A stretch of 64,000 nucleotides of DNA, from NCBI GenBank assembly GCA_020047815.1, contig JAIFNG010000015.1, positions 2,048-66,047 on the forward strand, read 5' to 3'. Shown here one piece after another: positions 20,908 to 30,942 of this stretch. Origin of the DNA: Anaerolinea sp. (GTDB lineage: Bacteria > Chloroflexota > Anaerolineae > Anaerolineales > Villigracilaceae). Positions within the stretch are counted from its first letter, which is position 1, and every line of letters starts with the position of its first letter. The notes under the pieces were generated by a model. That model saw only the letters and a list, made by a program, of their open reading frames with translations. It searched no databases and was not told where the DNA came from. A program made the translations under genes and the position numbers.

Positions 20908-22050
20908 GTGCCCATGACATCCCGTAAAACCACTTTTTTTTCATACAAACCCAAAACGATCCTCAACAAACACAAACGCGCTGACCACTGGTTTTGGACA
21001 CGGTACAGTGCCTATCCCTATCTCGGCTGCCAGCATGGATGTGAATTCTGCTACTGCCGGGAGCAAAAATATTCACCTTACGATGATCCCACAGATTTTT
21101 CACATGTTATCAAGGTCAAGGAAAATGCACCCGAACTTCTCCGACGCGCCCTGAAGAATGCCCCACTCGACGCCATCTTCACTGGTGATTATCAGCCTGC
21201 TGAACGGAAGTTTGAATTGTCACGCCGCATGCTTGAAGTATGTCTCGAAACCGGATTCCCGGTCTTCGTGCTGGAGCGCAACCCGGGGGTCTTAAGAGAC
21301 CTCGACCTGCTGAGGGCAATTCACGAAAAAGCCCGTGCAGTGGTTGCATTCAGCATCATCAGCACACCTGATTCAAAAAATTATGACCGTGTCTGTCAGA
21401 TGGAACACCTTGCGCCTCCGGCAAAAAAGCGGTTCGATGCCATGCAGAAGATCGCGGCAGCAGGTATTCCCGTAGGCGTAAGCATGATGCCCATTTTACC
21501 TGGCCTGTGCGATGACGCCGCCAACATCGAAGCTGTTGTGCGTTGGACAGCGGATCACGGCGGAACCTTTGTGCTGGCTTCCGGGCTAACACTTTCCGAC
21601 CAGCAAAAGGAATATTTCTTTGGTGTCCTGCGCGCACGTTTCCCCGACTTGCTGGCTCTCTACCAGACGTTGTATCCTCCAAAAAGTTATGGACAAATCG
21701 GCAGTAACTGGCGTAAGACTGCCCTGTTGATCCGCGCAGCATGTGTGAAAGCCGGCATCCGCGACCGAATACCACGCCCGATCGTGCCGGGAGAAAAACG
21801 CGCCATCAACAAACACGTGGTCGAATTGCTCGCGGACCAGTTGTATGCAATGGAGTTAAATGCCGAGCCCAATCACCGTCTATGGATGTATCGCAAAGCA
21901 GCATGGGCAATAGAAGACATGGCGGAAAACATCGGTCTTATACATCGTGTGATGGGATTGAAAGGTTTGGAACAAATTCCTGATATCGGGCAGGAAATGG
22001 GAATGATCGTGGAAAGGCTAATCCTTGAATCTAACCCGAACTCAACTTGA
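20908..22050 (+). CDS. Radical SAM protein (spore photoproduct lyase-like/Rv2578c type) with a C-terminal PolX-type HhH domain
   Basis: PYLGCQHGCEFCY, DYQPAE, MPILPGL; C-terminal YRKAAWAIE...LEQIPDIG. Confidence 0.85.
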   Translation: MPMTSRKTTFFSYKPKTILNKHKRADHWFWTRYSAYPYLGCQHGCEFCYCREQKYSPYDDPTDFSHVIKVKENAPELLRRALKNAPLDAIFTGDYQPAERKFELSRRMLEVCLETGFPVFVLERNPGVLRDLDLLRAIHEKARAVVAFSIISTPDSKNYDRVCQMEHLAPPAKKRFDAMQKIAAAGIPVGVSMMPILPGLCDDAANIEAVVRWTADHGGTFVLASGLTLSDQQKEYFFGVLRARFPDLLALYQTLYPPKSYGQIGSNWRKTALLIRAACVKAGIRDRIPRPIVPGEKRAINKHVVELLADQLYAMELNAEPNHRLWMYRKAAWAIEDMAENIGLIHRVMGLKGLEQIPDIGQEMGMIVERLILESNPNST

Positions 22051-22150
22051 CCCAAAAATGTACTTGGAATAAGGTATTGTATTGGATAAGAATCGTTGGT
22101 TGAAAAATTTGCTACACAGCGCAGCTTTATTCTCTCTTCGCTGATTTTTT

Positions 22151-24334
22151 CTAATAACGTCCCCGATCCACCATCGCAGCAGGATTTGCCAGCTCCTCCA
22201 TTCTGGCGGGGAAGACTTGCACAGCACAGGCTTTGAATTCGGGGATCTTTGCCTGCGGGTCAAGTGCATCATTGGTTAACAAGTTGGCAGCAGCTTCGAC
22301 AAAATGAAAGGGGATGAACACCACACCAACAGTCGTCTTCTCTGTAACTATTACCCGTAAAACCACCTCACCACGTCTCGATGTGACCCGAACCGGGTCG
22401 CCGTTGCGAATCCCATGAATTTCAGCATCGGCCGGGTGCATCTCCATGCGGGCTTCAGGAAATACACTATTGAGCGATGAGTTACGGGTCATTGAGCCGC
22501 CGTGCCAATGCTCAAGCACGCGACCCGTTGTTAAAATGAATGGATATTCGTCATCCACAGCCTCCATCGCGGGGACATAATCCAATGGGTAAAACTTTCC
22601 ACGACCACGCGGGAAATCTTCAGTAAAAAGGGTTGGCGTACCTGGGTGGGCCTCATCGGGTACTGGGTAGATCAAGCCAACATTATCGATCCGTTCATAG
22701 GTCACGCCTGCATAGTCGGGGTTAACACCTGCCATCTCGCGAAAAATATCGGATGGGTGGGAATATTCCCAAAAAGCCGAATTAAGCCGGGTTTCTGGCT
22801 GATTAAAAGACCCCAATCTGGATTCAAGGCGCAGAGCCAGGGCGCATATGATCTGCCAATCCACCCTGGCTTGTCCGCGGGGATTATGAGCGGCGCGCAC
22901 CCGTTGCACACGGCGGTCGGTGTTGGAGAAAGTCCCATCTTTTTCAGCAAAGGGAGTCGCTGGCAGGAATACATCCGCAAAGGCGGCGGACTCGGTAATA
23001 AAAATATCCTGCGCCACAAGGAATTCAAGCTGCTCCATGTGCCGCCGTGTTTCATTCAAGTTAGGCTCAGACATCATTGGATTTTCTCCCATGATATACA
23101 ATGAGCGAATTCCGCCTTCATGCACCTGGCCAAGTATCTCGGTTGTGGTCAAACCAAGTTTGCGCGAAAGACCACCCGCTTCAACATTCCACGTCTTCTC
23201 CCATACGGCGGCGTTTTGTTCATCGTCAACCCGCATATACCCGGGATAATGAAAAGGCATGCACCCCATGTCACTTGCCCCCTGCACGTTGTTTTGTCCA
23301 CGCAAGGGATTTAGTCCTGTGCCTTCCCGTCCAATATGACCCGTAAGGAATGCAAGGTGAATGAGCGCCATTGCGCTGGCAGTGCCGTGCGAAAGTTGCG
23401 ATATACCCATGCCCCAATAAATTGCGGCATTCTTCGCACCTGCATACATCCGAGCCGCCTTGCAGATGTCGTCAGCGGGCACACCAGAGATCTCCCCGGC
23501 ATATTCAGGTGTGAATTTTTCAAGACTCTTAATAAATTCCTGATAGCCTTCAGTGCGATTGGCAATAAATTCGTGGTTGACCAGGTTTTCCTGGACAATG
23601 ACATGCGCCATCGCTGAGAAGACAGGCACATTGGTTCCGGGCTTCAGGGGAAGCCACATCTCGGCAAAGTCAACCAGTTCTATGCGGCGCGGGTCAACCA
23701 CGATCATCTTCGCGCCGTGCTTGCGCACCGCGTCCTTCATTTGCAAGGCAATAATGGGATGATTCTCAGTAGTATTTGAGCCCGTGACGATAAACACATC
23801 GTTTTGGCTGACCTGGGAAGCGGTGTTGCTCATTGCAGAAGACCCAACGGCCTGCTGCAACGCGACCACCGAACCCGCGTGACACAAGCGGGTGCAATGA
23901 TCAATATTATTGGTGCGGAAGATGGCACGATACATTTTCTGCAGCAGGTAATTGTCTTCGTTCGTGGCTTTGGCACAGGCATAAACCGCCATCGCATCCG
24001 ATCCATCACGTTTATAGATCTCGATCAAACGATCGGCGACATGGTCCAAGGCTTCGTCCCAAGTCACTTCGCGCCAATCGGATAGATCAAAAGCCTGAGT
24101 CCGCTTGCCGGGGGTCTGGGGAATTTTTCGCAACAGAGGCGTCGTCACCCGCTTCGGATGATAAACATAGTCATAACCGAAACGACCCTTCACGCACAAA
24201 TTACCGTGATTGACCGGGGAATCAAAAGGCGAGGCAACTTTGAATATGTGGTCATCCTTGACGTACAGCTGTAAATTACAGCCCACTCCACAATAGGGGC
24301 AGGTGGTGGTGACGATTCGGTCAGGTTTGATCAT
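22151..24334 (-). CDS. fdhF: Formate dehydrogenase catalytic (alpha) subunit, Mo/W-bisPGD, Cys-type
   Basis: CPYCGVGC...C cluster, DHCTRLCH active site, PLRGQNNVQG, IPEFK. Confidence 0.93.
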   Translation of the reverse strand: MIKPDRIVTTTCPYCGVGCNLQLYVKDDHIFKVASPFDSPVNHGNLCVKGRFGYDYVYHPKRVTTPLLRKIPQTPGKRTQAFDLSDWREVTWDEALDHVADRLIEIYKRDGSDAMAVYACAKATNEDNYLLQKMYRAIFRTNNIDHCTRLCHAGSVVALQQAVGSSAMSNTASQVSQNDVFIVTGSNTTENHPIIALQMKDAVRKHGAKMIVVDPRRIELVDFAEMWLPLKPGTNVPVFSAMAHVIVQENLVNHEFIANRTEGYQEFIKSLEKFTPEYAGEISGVPADDICKAARMYAGAKNAAIYWGMGISQLSHGTASAMALIHLAFLTGHIGREGTGLNPLRGQNNVQGASDMGCMPFHYPGYMRVDDEQNAAVWEKTWNVEAGGLSRKLGLTTTEILGQVHEGGIRSLYIMGENPMMSEPNLNETRRHMEQLEFLVAQDIFITESAAFADVFLPATPFAEKDGTFSNTDRRVQRVRAAHNPRGQARVDWQIICALALRLESRLGSFNQPETRLNSAFWEYSHPSDIFREMAGVNPDYAGVTYERIDNVGLIYPVPDEAHPGTPTLFTEDFPRGRGKFYPLDYVPAMEAVDDEYPFILTTGRVLEHWHGGSMTRNSSLNSVFPEARMEMHPADAEIHGIRNGDPVRVTSRRGEVVLRVIVTEKTTVGVVFIPFHFVEAAANLLTNDALDPQAKIPEFKACAVQVFPARMEELANPAAMVDRGRY

Positions 24335-24362
24335 GGATACTCCAAAACACTAAATGTTCACG

Positions 24363-25196
24363 TTATAACGTAATCAAGACTATCGCAGCAAGCGCAACCA
24401 GAATGCCCGTCAGCTGCAAAAGCGAGACCCGCTCCTTCAAGATAAACCATGCCAGCAAAACCGTTGAGCCGGGGTAAAGTGATCCAAGTACCACAGCCAC
24501 ATCCATGCGTCCCAAACGGGCCGACATGGCATACAACGCATTACCCGTTGAATCCAGCAGACTGCTCAAGAGGATCGGAATCCAACTTTCACGCGTTGGA
24601 ATCCAAGGCTGATGGGTTGTGATCGAAAAACTCAGAAGGCTTGCAATGGATGCAACCCGTGTCGCAGCCAGCGGCCACAAAATGGACTGACCACTTCCCA
24701 TGTCAAGAAAAATAAAAAATGTGGCAAAACATACGCCGGATAAAAGCGGCATTATTATTTTTTCGATCTGAAATCTGACGCCAAATCCTCCAGAGACGAG
24801 CCAGACCGCAGCCAGGGCCAGGGCGAACCCGATCAAAGTCGCGGTACCAGGCAACCCATCTGAAAAGGCACCAACAAGAACAGGCAACCCTGCCGCAACC
24901 ATAGCCGAGACGGGCGATGCAATACTCATCTGCCCCGAAGCCAACGCGCTGTATAACAAAGCCAGACCGACGCCACCCCCAACTCCCGCCACACAACCCC
25001 ATAATAAATCACGCACCGGGGGCAATGGTTCACCGGTGACGGCTCCCAGGATCACAAGTACGACCAGGCTGACAGCATGGGCTGCGATCACAGCCCCATA
25101 GGGATTGGTACGCTTCACCGCCATTCCGCCGCTGAAATCTCCCGCACCCCAGGTCACAGCACATGCAAGACCATAAAAAACCGCCAGATACTCCAC
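24363..25196 (-). CDS. EamA/DMT family transporter
   Basis: About 10 TMs, [29 protein letters not shown] start at 25196 directly after the upstream stop. Confidence 0.85.
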   Translation of the reverse strand: MEYLAVFYGLACAVTWGAGDFSGGMAVKRTNPYGAVIAAHAVSLVVLVILGAVTGEPLPPVRDLLWGCVAGVGGGVGLALLYSALASGQMSIASPVSAMVAAGLPVLVGAFSDGLPGTATLIGFALALAAVWLVSGGFGVRFQIEKIIMPLLSGVCFATFFIFLDMGSGQSILWPLAATRVASIASLLSFSITTHQPWIPTRESWIPILLSSLLDSTGNALYAMSARLGRMDVAVVLGSLYPGSTVLLAWFILKERVSLLQLTGILVALAAIVLITL

Positions 25197-25197
25197 G

Positions 25198-25884
25198 CTA
25201 CTTTCTCTTCTTCCGGCCGCTGTTGAGCACACCAATATCCTGCGGACTCAATCCCTGTTCCAGCAAAAACTCACGCTTCGGCTTGAGTGCGCCGGTTGGG
25301 CAAACCGCAACACATTGACCGCACAGGACACATGATGTCTCGGGGATTGCCCTGTCAAAAAATGTACCGACCTGTGTTTCAAATCCGCGCCCGCTGAAGT
25401 TGATGGCAAATGTATACTGCGCATCGTCGGCGCAGACTTGCACACAACGCCAGCACAACAGGCATTTGGAGTAATCACGGATATACATCGGGTTGTCATC
25501 CTGAATTTCAGACTCACGACGTTTGGCATCAGGAAAGCGGTTGAAGGAAGCGCCATACTCCGCCATCATATTTTGAATTTCGGGCGCATCAGACAAGTCG
25601 ATGGTCGAAGCGAGCATCTCCAAAATAGTCCTTCGTGCTCGAAGAACTTTCCCACTTCGCGTTTGGACTTTCATGTTGTTCGCCGCTTTTACAATACAGG
25701 CTGGTTGCAGCACCCTCTGTCCTTCCACTTCGACAACACAGATCCGGCAGAGCGCATTCGCCTTCGTTGCCTCGTGAACACAAACCGAGGGAATGTTGAT
25801 CCCATTCTCGCGAGCAACCTCAATTAATGTTTTCCCTTCCTCTGTCTTTATCTCTTTTCCGTCCATAAAGAATGTTATCGCCAT
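25198..25884 (-). CDS. Fe-S subunit of the FDH complex (2Fe-2S plus 2x[4Fe-4S]; NuoG N-terminus-like)
   Basis: IPSVC...CRIC...[24 protein letters not shown]. Confidence 0.9.
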   Translation of the reverse strand: MAITFFMDGKEIKTEEGKTLIEVARENGINIPSVCVHEATKANALCRICVVEVEGQRVLQPACIVKAANNMKVQTRSGKVLRARRTILEMLASTIDLSDAPEIQNMMAEYGASFNRFPDAKRRESEIQDDNPMYIRDYSKCLLCWRCVQVCADDAQYTFAINFSGRGFETQVGTFFDRAIPETSCVLCGQCVAVCPTGALKPKREFLLEQGLSPQDIGVLNSGRKKRK

Positions 25885-25978
25885 CTCTTCACCTTGTATT
25901 CAGCCTAATATTGAAAATAAACAGGACTCCACTTTATTTCCAGATTGCCTGCCACAGTCTTCCTTACCGCCATTAACT

Positions 25979-27700
25979 TCACCTCTGACCAGTTTCAAAT
26001 AAATCCGGCCACAATTTCATTGCCGATAACACCGCGCTAGCCGCCGTTTGACCCAACCCGCATAAACTCGCCTCAGTCATCGTCCAACCTACATCCTGAA
26101 GACGGGAAAAATCGCCAACCATTACCTTGTTTTTGGCTACACGCTCAAGAATTTCCATCTGGCGCTGGGTTCCCAGTTGGCATGGGTAGCACTTACCGCA
26201 GGATTCATGGGCGAAGAATTTCCCCAACCGATTCAAGACATCTGGGATGCTGCGTGTCTCATCAAAAACCATTACCACGCCAGATCCGAGTGGGAGCCCG
26301 GCAGCACGCAGGTCTTCAAATGTGAGTTTTATATCCAAGTGTTCAGACGTTGCAAAGGCTCCCGCCGCGCCCCCGAACAGGACCGCCTGCAATCGCGGAA
26401 TTCGAGCACCCTGTTTGCGGCTGGTCCGGGGAGTTATTGCAGGTGGAGGACCACCAGCCATTTTTAACAATTCCCGCAATGTCACACCAAACGGGACTTC
26501 ATACAAGCCCGGCTTTGCAACATCACCGGAGACGCAAAATAGCTTGGGGCCTGGAGATGTTTCAGTGCCAAGCATGCGATACTCGGCAGAGCCTTTTGAA
26601 ATGATAAGCGGCAGATTACAAAGGGTTTCCACATTGTTGATGACAGTCGGATTGTCAAACAAACCATTCGTCGTCGGGAAGGGCGGCTTTACACGTGGAA
26701 AACCACGCTTCCCTTCTATCGATTCAAAAAGCGCGGTCTCCTCGCCGCAAATATATGCTCCCGCGCCGACCCGGACTTCAACATCAAAGTGTTCGCCAAG
26801 GTAACCCGCGGAGCGTGCTTCATCCAGGGCATTTTCGAGAACCGGTACGATATATGGATATTCACCACGAATATATATATAACCCTTACCCGCGCCAATG
26901 GCATATGCTGCGATACACATCCCCTCGATGGTACGATGCGGATCATCCAATAACAAAACCCTGTCTTTGAATGTGCCTGGCTCGGATTCGTCCGCGTTGC
27001 AGACGATAAATTTTTGTACTGCCTGTATTTTTGCCGCGCCACCCCACTTGACCCCAGTTGGAAATGCCGCACCGCCACGACCGACAAGCCCTGAGGCTTT
27101 GTCGGTTTCAGCAATCACTTCCTCAGGAGACATGGTCAGCGCTTTTTTATAAGCGGCATATTCGCCATACTCTGCAAGTGTGGTAGTGCCATTTCCGCAA
27201 TTGACAGTCAACTCGCGGATCGAGCCATAAACATATGACTTCGGGATCCCCAGGTCATATGAATGGAAATCGGCACTGATGTTCGTTTCCGCATCATCAT
27301 CCACAAGTGCGGCTGGGGCTTGTTCACAAAGCCCGAGGCAGGGACTTCGCTCAATAGTTAGGGATAGGTCATCAGTCGTCTGGCCTGGCCTCAAACCATA
27401 ACAATGACAGAGATGATCCAACAATTGGTCGGCACCTTTAAGCGCACAAGCTTGGTCCGTACAAACACGGATAATGCGCCTGCCAACAGGTTCATTGTAA
27501 AACATGGAATAAAACTCGATCACACCATGCACATCCGCAAGAGGCACACCAAGGGTATTCGCAACCTCAGCGGCAACCTCCAGAGGCAGCCAACCATAAA
27601 TTTTTTGTGCGGCGTGAAGCGCAGGCAATAATCCGGAACGCCCCAACGGAATGTAAGATTCAATTGCAAGCTTTAATGGGGTAAGCTGAATTTCAGACAT
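25979..27700 (-). CDS. Fused NuoE/NuoF-like NAD(H)-binding flavoprotein subunit
   Basis: NuoE Cys set (CTDQAC, CLGLC); NuoF motifs [46 protein letters not shown]. Confidence 0.92.
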   Translation of the reverse strand: MSEIQLTPLKLAIESYIPLGRSGLLPALHAAQKIYGWLPLEVAAEVANTLGVPLADVHGVIEFYSMFYNEPVGRRIIRVCTDQACALKGADQLLDHLCHCYGLRPGQTTDDLSLTIERSPCLGLCEQAPAALVDDDAETNISADFHSYDLGIPKSYVYGSIRELTVNCGNGTTTLAEYGEYAAYKKALTMSPEEVIAETDKASGLVGRGGAAFPTGVKWGGAAKIQAVQKFIVCNADESEPGTFKDRVLLLDDPHRTIEGMCIAAYAIGAGKGYIYIRGEYPYIVPVLENALDEARSAGYLGEHFDVEVRVGAGAYICGEETALFESIEGKRGFPRVKPPFPTTNGLFDNPTVINNVETLCNLPLIISKGSAEYRMLGTETSPGPKLFCVSGDVAKPGLYEVPFGVTLRELLKMAGGPPPAITPRTSRKQGARIPRLQAVLFGGAAGAFATSEHLDIKLTFEDLRAAGLPLGSGVVMVFDETRSIPDVLNRLGKFFAHESCGKCYPCQLGTQRQMEILERVAKNKVMVGDFSRLQDVGWTMTEASLCGLGQTAASAVLSAMKLWPDLFETGQR

Positions 27701-27838
27701 GGATGCTCCAATATGCCGAGTATAACCGAAACAGTTCTATTGCTGAAAAAGCTGTAAATTTTGGTTGTCACAATAAGAAAATTCATAATTCTCATTTTAT
27801 TACAAATTTCGTGATGAAAATAACTACCAAAATCCCTG

Positions 27839-27863
27839 ATAATTATATATAATATATAATTAT
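27839..27863. promoter_or_regulatory. Perfect 25-bp palindrome over the gntR start (probable operator)
   Basis: ATAATTATATAT-A-ATATATAATTAT. Confidence 0.6.
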
Positions 27864-28605
27864 GGCGCTGAACTTGGAAAAAGAGGTCACACATAAACCT
27901 CTTAAAGAAGAAATATTTGACGCTCTTCACCGTCAAATTATTGCGGGAAAGCACCAGCCTGGCGACTGGCTGCGACAGGATGACATAGCCTCTCAGATGG
28001 GTGTAAGTATGACACCTGTGCGTGAGGCGCTTGACCTGCTTGTTTCCTCAGGTCTTGCAGAACGCGTACCATACCGAGGGGTGCAGGTACGCGAAATGTC
28101 TGCGAAAGATATGGCAGATGCCTATGGCTTAAGATTGATCCTTGAGGCACTGACCACCCGTGAAGCCGCAGTACACATTACACCAGAGCAGATCTCAAGA
28201 CTTAAAAACATCCTGGCAGAGATGAAGAAACATGTCAAATTAAATGAAATGCCTCAGGAACGACAATTAAGCCGTGAGTTCCATGCTGTGATTGCCGAGG
28301 CTTCGGGTAATGAACTTCTGACAAAATTATATGCCATCGTCGCGAACACGTTTCCCGACTGGTTGTTATATGAAGCAGTCTATCGCAAGCCTGAATTGCT
28401 TGCCAGCAGTGTAAACCAAACCTATGAGGAACACGCATCGATCCTGGATGCGTTAACAAAAGGGGATGCAGAAAAAGCCGTGAGAAAGTCCATGGATCAT
28501 ATTTTGGATTCAGGAAAATGGATGGAAGAATACCTTAACATTCCTGCGGAATTGTTAAGAGAAAAAGAAGAACTCGCAACATTCATGATCAAAAAATCAA
28601 AATAG
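27862..28605 (+). CDS. GntR family regulator (FCD domain)
   Basis: HTH (GVSMTPVREAL) and FCD (EFHAVIAEASGN...EEHASILDAL). Confidence 0.93.
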   Translation: MALNLEKEVTHKPLKEEIFDALHRQIIAGKHQPGDWLRQDDIASQMGVSMTPVREALDLLVSSGLAERVPYRGVQVREMSAKDMADAYGLRLILEALTTREAAVHITPEQISRLKNILAEMKKHVKLNEMPQERQLSREFHAVIAEASGNELLTKLYAIVANTFPDWLLYEAVYRKPELLASSVNQTYEEHASILDALTKGDAEKAVRKSMDHILDSGKWMEEYLNIPAELLREKEELATFMIKKSK

Positions 28606-28613
28606 GAGGCAGT

Positions 28614-29264
28614 ATGTCAGAAGAACTGTATAAAGAGATGGCACAAAGCATTATCGATGGAGACTCCGATATCTCCGCTGAGCTTGCGCGGAAAGCCGTC
28701 GAATTGAAAATCCACCCATTGGAAGCGATCACAAATGGATTCGTGGTCGGTGTGACCTACATTGGCGATCAGTTTGGAAAAGGAGATGCATTCCTGCCCG
28801 AATTGGTTATGGCAGGCGAAGCGATGAAAGCCGCCATCGCTGTGCTGGAACCTGAGTTATTGAAACTCGGCGAATCGCGCGAGATGCTGGGGCGCGTTGT
28901 CCTCGCAACCGTGGAGGGTGACATTCACGAAATCGGCAAAACACTCGTGGGTACCATGCTAAGCGCTTCCGGCTTTGAAGTCATTGACCTCGGCGTTGAT
29001 CAACCCGCAGATAAGATCATCGGCAAGGCTCTTGAAGTGAACGCAAACCTGATCGGCATGAGCGCATTATTGACGACCACCATGGTCCGTCAGCGCGAAG
29101 TCATCGAAGAATTGGACAAGGAAGGTCTGCGCCCGCGCATCAAAGTGATGGTTGGCGGCGCCCCCATTACAAAAGACTGGGTTGATAAGATCAAAGCCGA
29201 CGGCTATTCTGAAGATGCGATCGGTGCGGTAAAAGTTGCGAAAGAACTGGTCGGCAAGGCGTAA
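28614..29264 (+). CDS. Corrinoid (B12-binding) methyl-carrier protein, MttC/MtqC type
   Basis: Cap domain FLPELVMAGEAMK; DxHxxG motif DIHEIGK; MSALLTTTM; VGGAP. Confidence 0.93.
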   Translation: MSEELYKEMAQSIIDGDSDISAELARKAVELKIHPLEAITNGFVVGVTYIGDQFGKGDAFLPELVMAGEAMKAAIAVLEPELLKLGESREMLGRVVLATVEGDIHEIGKTLVGTMLSASGFEVIDLGVDQPADKIIGKALEVNANLIGMSALLTTTMVRQREVIEELDKEGLRPRIKVMVGGAPITKDWVDKIKADGYSEDAIGAVKVAKELVGKA

Positions 29265-29273
29265 TCAGGTATC

Positions 29274-29350
29274 TGTCATACTTCCAATTTCGCCGAAGCG
29301 ATCCCAGATAGCACCTTGGGATCGCTTCGCGAAATGTGTTTGTAATGACA
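29274..29350. repeat. Palindromic REP/RPE-like element
   Basis: TGTCAT...ATTTCG-c-CGAAGCGATCCCA / TGGGATCGCTTCG-CGAAAT...ATGACA, with a 13-bp perfect inner stem. Confidence 0.6.
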
Positions 29351-29400
29351 TAACGCACCAGGCAGAGAGAGTTGTGAGATATTAGCCCCGGGAGGGACCC

Positions 29401-30855
29401 ATGTCTTCTAAAAATATCAAGACCATCAGCAATCCAAAATTAAAACTGGAAGTGCTGACGCAGGATGACGTAAGAAAGATTCACGAAGCGACTTTGCAAA
29501 TCATCGAAAAAGTCGGTGTAAGGTTTCCGTCCAAACGCGCGTTGGAGATTTGGCAGGCTGCCGGTGCGGACGTGGACCATGAAAAAAAGATCGTACGCGT
29601 CAAACCCCATATCATTGAAGAGGCGATCAAGAAAGCTCCGCCGGCCTATAAACTTGCGGCGCGTGATCCGCAGCAGGATCTTCAACTCGACGGCAACCAC
29701 GTCAACCTTGGCACTGACGGCTGTGGTGTGGAAATTTTAGACATCAACACCGGTGTCAAACGCACCTCATGCCTGCAGGATGTACGCGACATCGCGCGGG
29801 TGGCAGATGCGACCGAAGAAGTAGCCTTTCATTGGGTTTCCCTTTCCGCACAGGACACTCCTGTCGAAGCGCGCGGACTGCATGAACTCAAAGCCGTCTG
29901 GGAGAACTCCACCAAGCACGTCCAGACTGAGTCCGTCTACAACGTCGAAGAAGCCAAAGCCGCCATTGAAATGGCAGCGCTGTTGGCCGGGGGCAGGGAT
30001 AAACTTCGTGAGCGCCCTGTGCTTTCGTTGATGCAATGCACCGCCCCTCCGCTCGGTCATGACGGCGGTAGTTTGGATGCTGCATTACTCGCGGCTGAAG
30101 TTGGAATCCCAACAGGGTTCATGACCATGGCGGCATGCGCCACCACAGGTCCCATCACTTTGGCTGGTGACCTTGCAGTCGGTAATGCAGAAGTAATTGC
30201 GGCAACCGCCCTGTTACAGATCGCATATCCTGGCGCACCGGTCTTTTATGCCGCCGCGCAGACAGCCTCAGATCTACGAAATGGATCGTACACAGGCGGA
30301 GGACCCGAAGACTTCCTCTTCGGCGCAGCAACCAACATACTCGCAGACTTCTACAACATCCCGCTTTCGATGGGGGCATTCGCCACAGGCGCGAAGGAAC
30401 CCAACTGGCAGGCAGGGCTGGAAGGTGCGCTGTCCAGTTTCATGGCAAGTGTTGTGATGTCAGACATGCTGCTTGGGTGCGGATTCCTACACGGCAGCCG
30501 CATCTGGTCATTTGCTGAAATGATGATGGACTGCGAAATATTCTCCATTGTCCACAAAATGATGGAGGGCATCGTGGTCAATGACGAGACACTCGCCATG
30601 GAAGCAATTGCGGCAGTCGGTCCCGGGGGGCATTATCTCGGCCAAAAACATACCCGCAAACACATGCGTGAATTGTTCATGCCGCAGTTTATGGATCGCC
30701 GCCCGTATTCCGAATGGGAAACAAAGAAGGATGATGCGCGAGATTGGGCACTTGCCAAAGCCCGCAAGACCTTAAAGGAGCATCAACCCGACCCATTGGA
30801 TGCACAGCTCAGCAAGGAATTCGACAGGATCATCAAGTCTGTTGAAAAGAAATAA
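29401..30855 (+). CDS. MttB (trimethylamine methyltransferase) superfamily, non-pyrrolysine, paralogue 1
   Basis: IHEATLQIIEKVGV, GPITLAGDLAVGNAE, VGPGGHYLGQKHT; no in-frame TAG. Confidence 0.92.
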   Translation: MSSKNIKTISNPKLKLEVLTQDDVRKIHEATLQIIEKVGVRFPSKRALEIWQAAGADVDHEKKIVRVKPHIIEEAIKKAPPAYKLAARDPQQDLQLDGNHVNLGTDGCGVEILDINTGVKRTSCLQDVRDIARVADATEEVAFHWVSLSAQDTPVEARGLHELKAVWENSTKHVQTESVYNVEEAKAAIEMAALLAGGRDKLRERPVLSLMQCTAPPLGHDGGSLDAALLAAEVGIPTGFMTMAACATTGPITLAGDLAVGNAEVIAATALLQIAYPGAPVFYAAAQTASDLRNGSYTGGGPEDFLFGAATNILADFYNIPLSMGAFATGAKEPNWQAGLEGALSSFMASVVMSDMLLGCGFLHGSRIWSFAEMMMDCEIFSIVHKMMEGIVVNDETLAMEAIAAVGPGGHYLGQKHTRKHMRELFMPQFMDRRPYSEWETKKDDARDWALAKARKTLKEHQPDPLDAQLSKEFDRIIKSVEKK

Positions 30856-30942
30856 AGTTAAATGGTGCAGTGCACAGGGTAATAACTCGTGCAAATCCTG
30901 CATTGTTCAACCTGCCAACCTGTAACCCTACATAGGTGACTT

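Noticed and set aside
22151-24334. Selenocysteine FDH
   Set aside because: The active site reads CTRLCH with Cys; there is no in-frame TGA.
30907-30930. CAACCTG short tandem repeat
   Set aside because: Only two to three degenerate units, with no function I can support.
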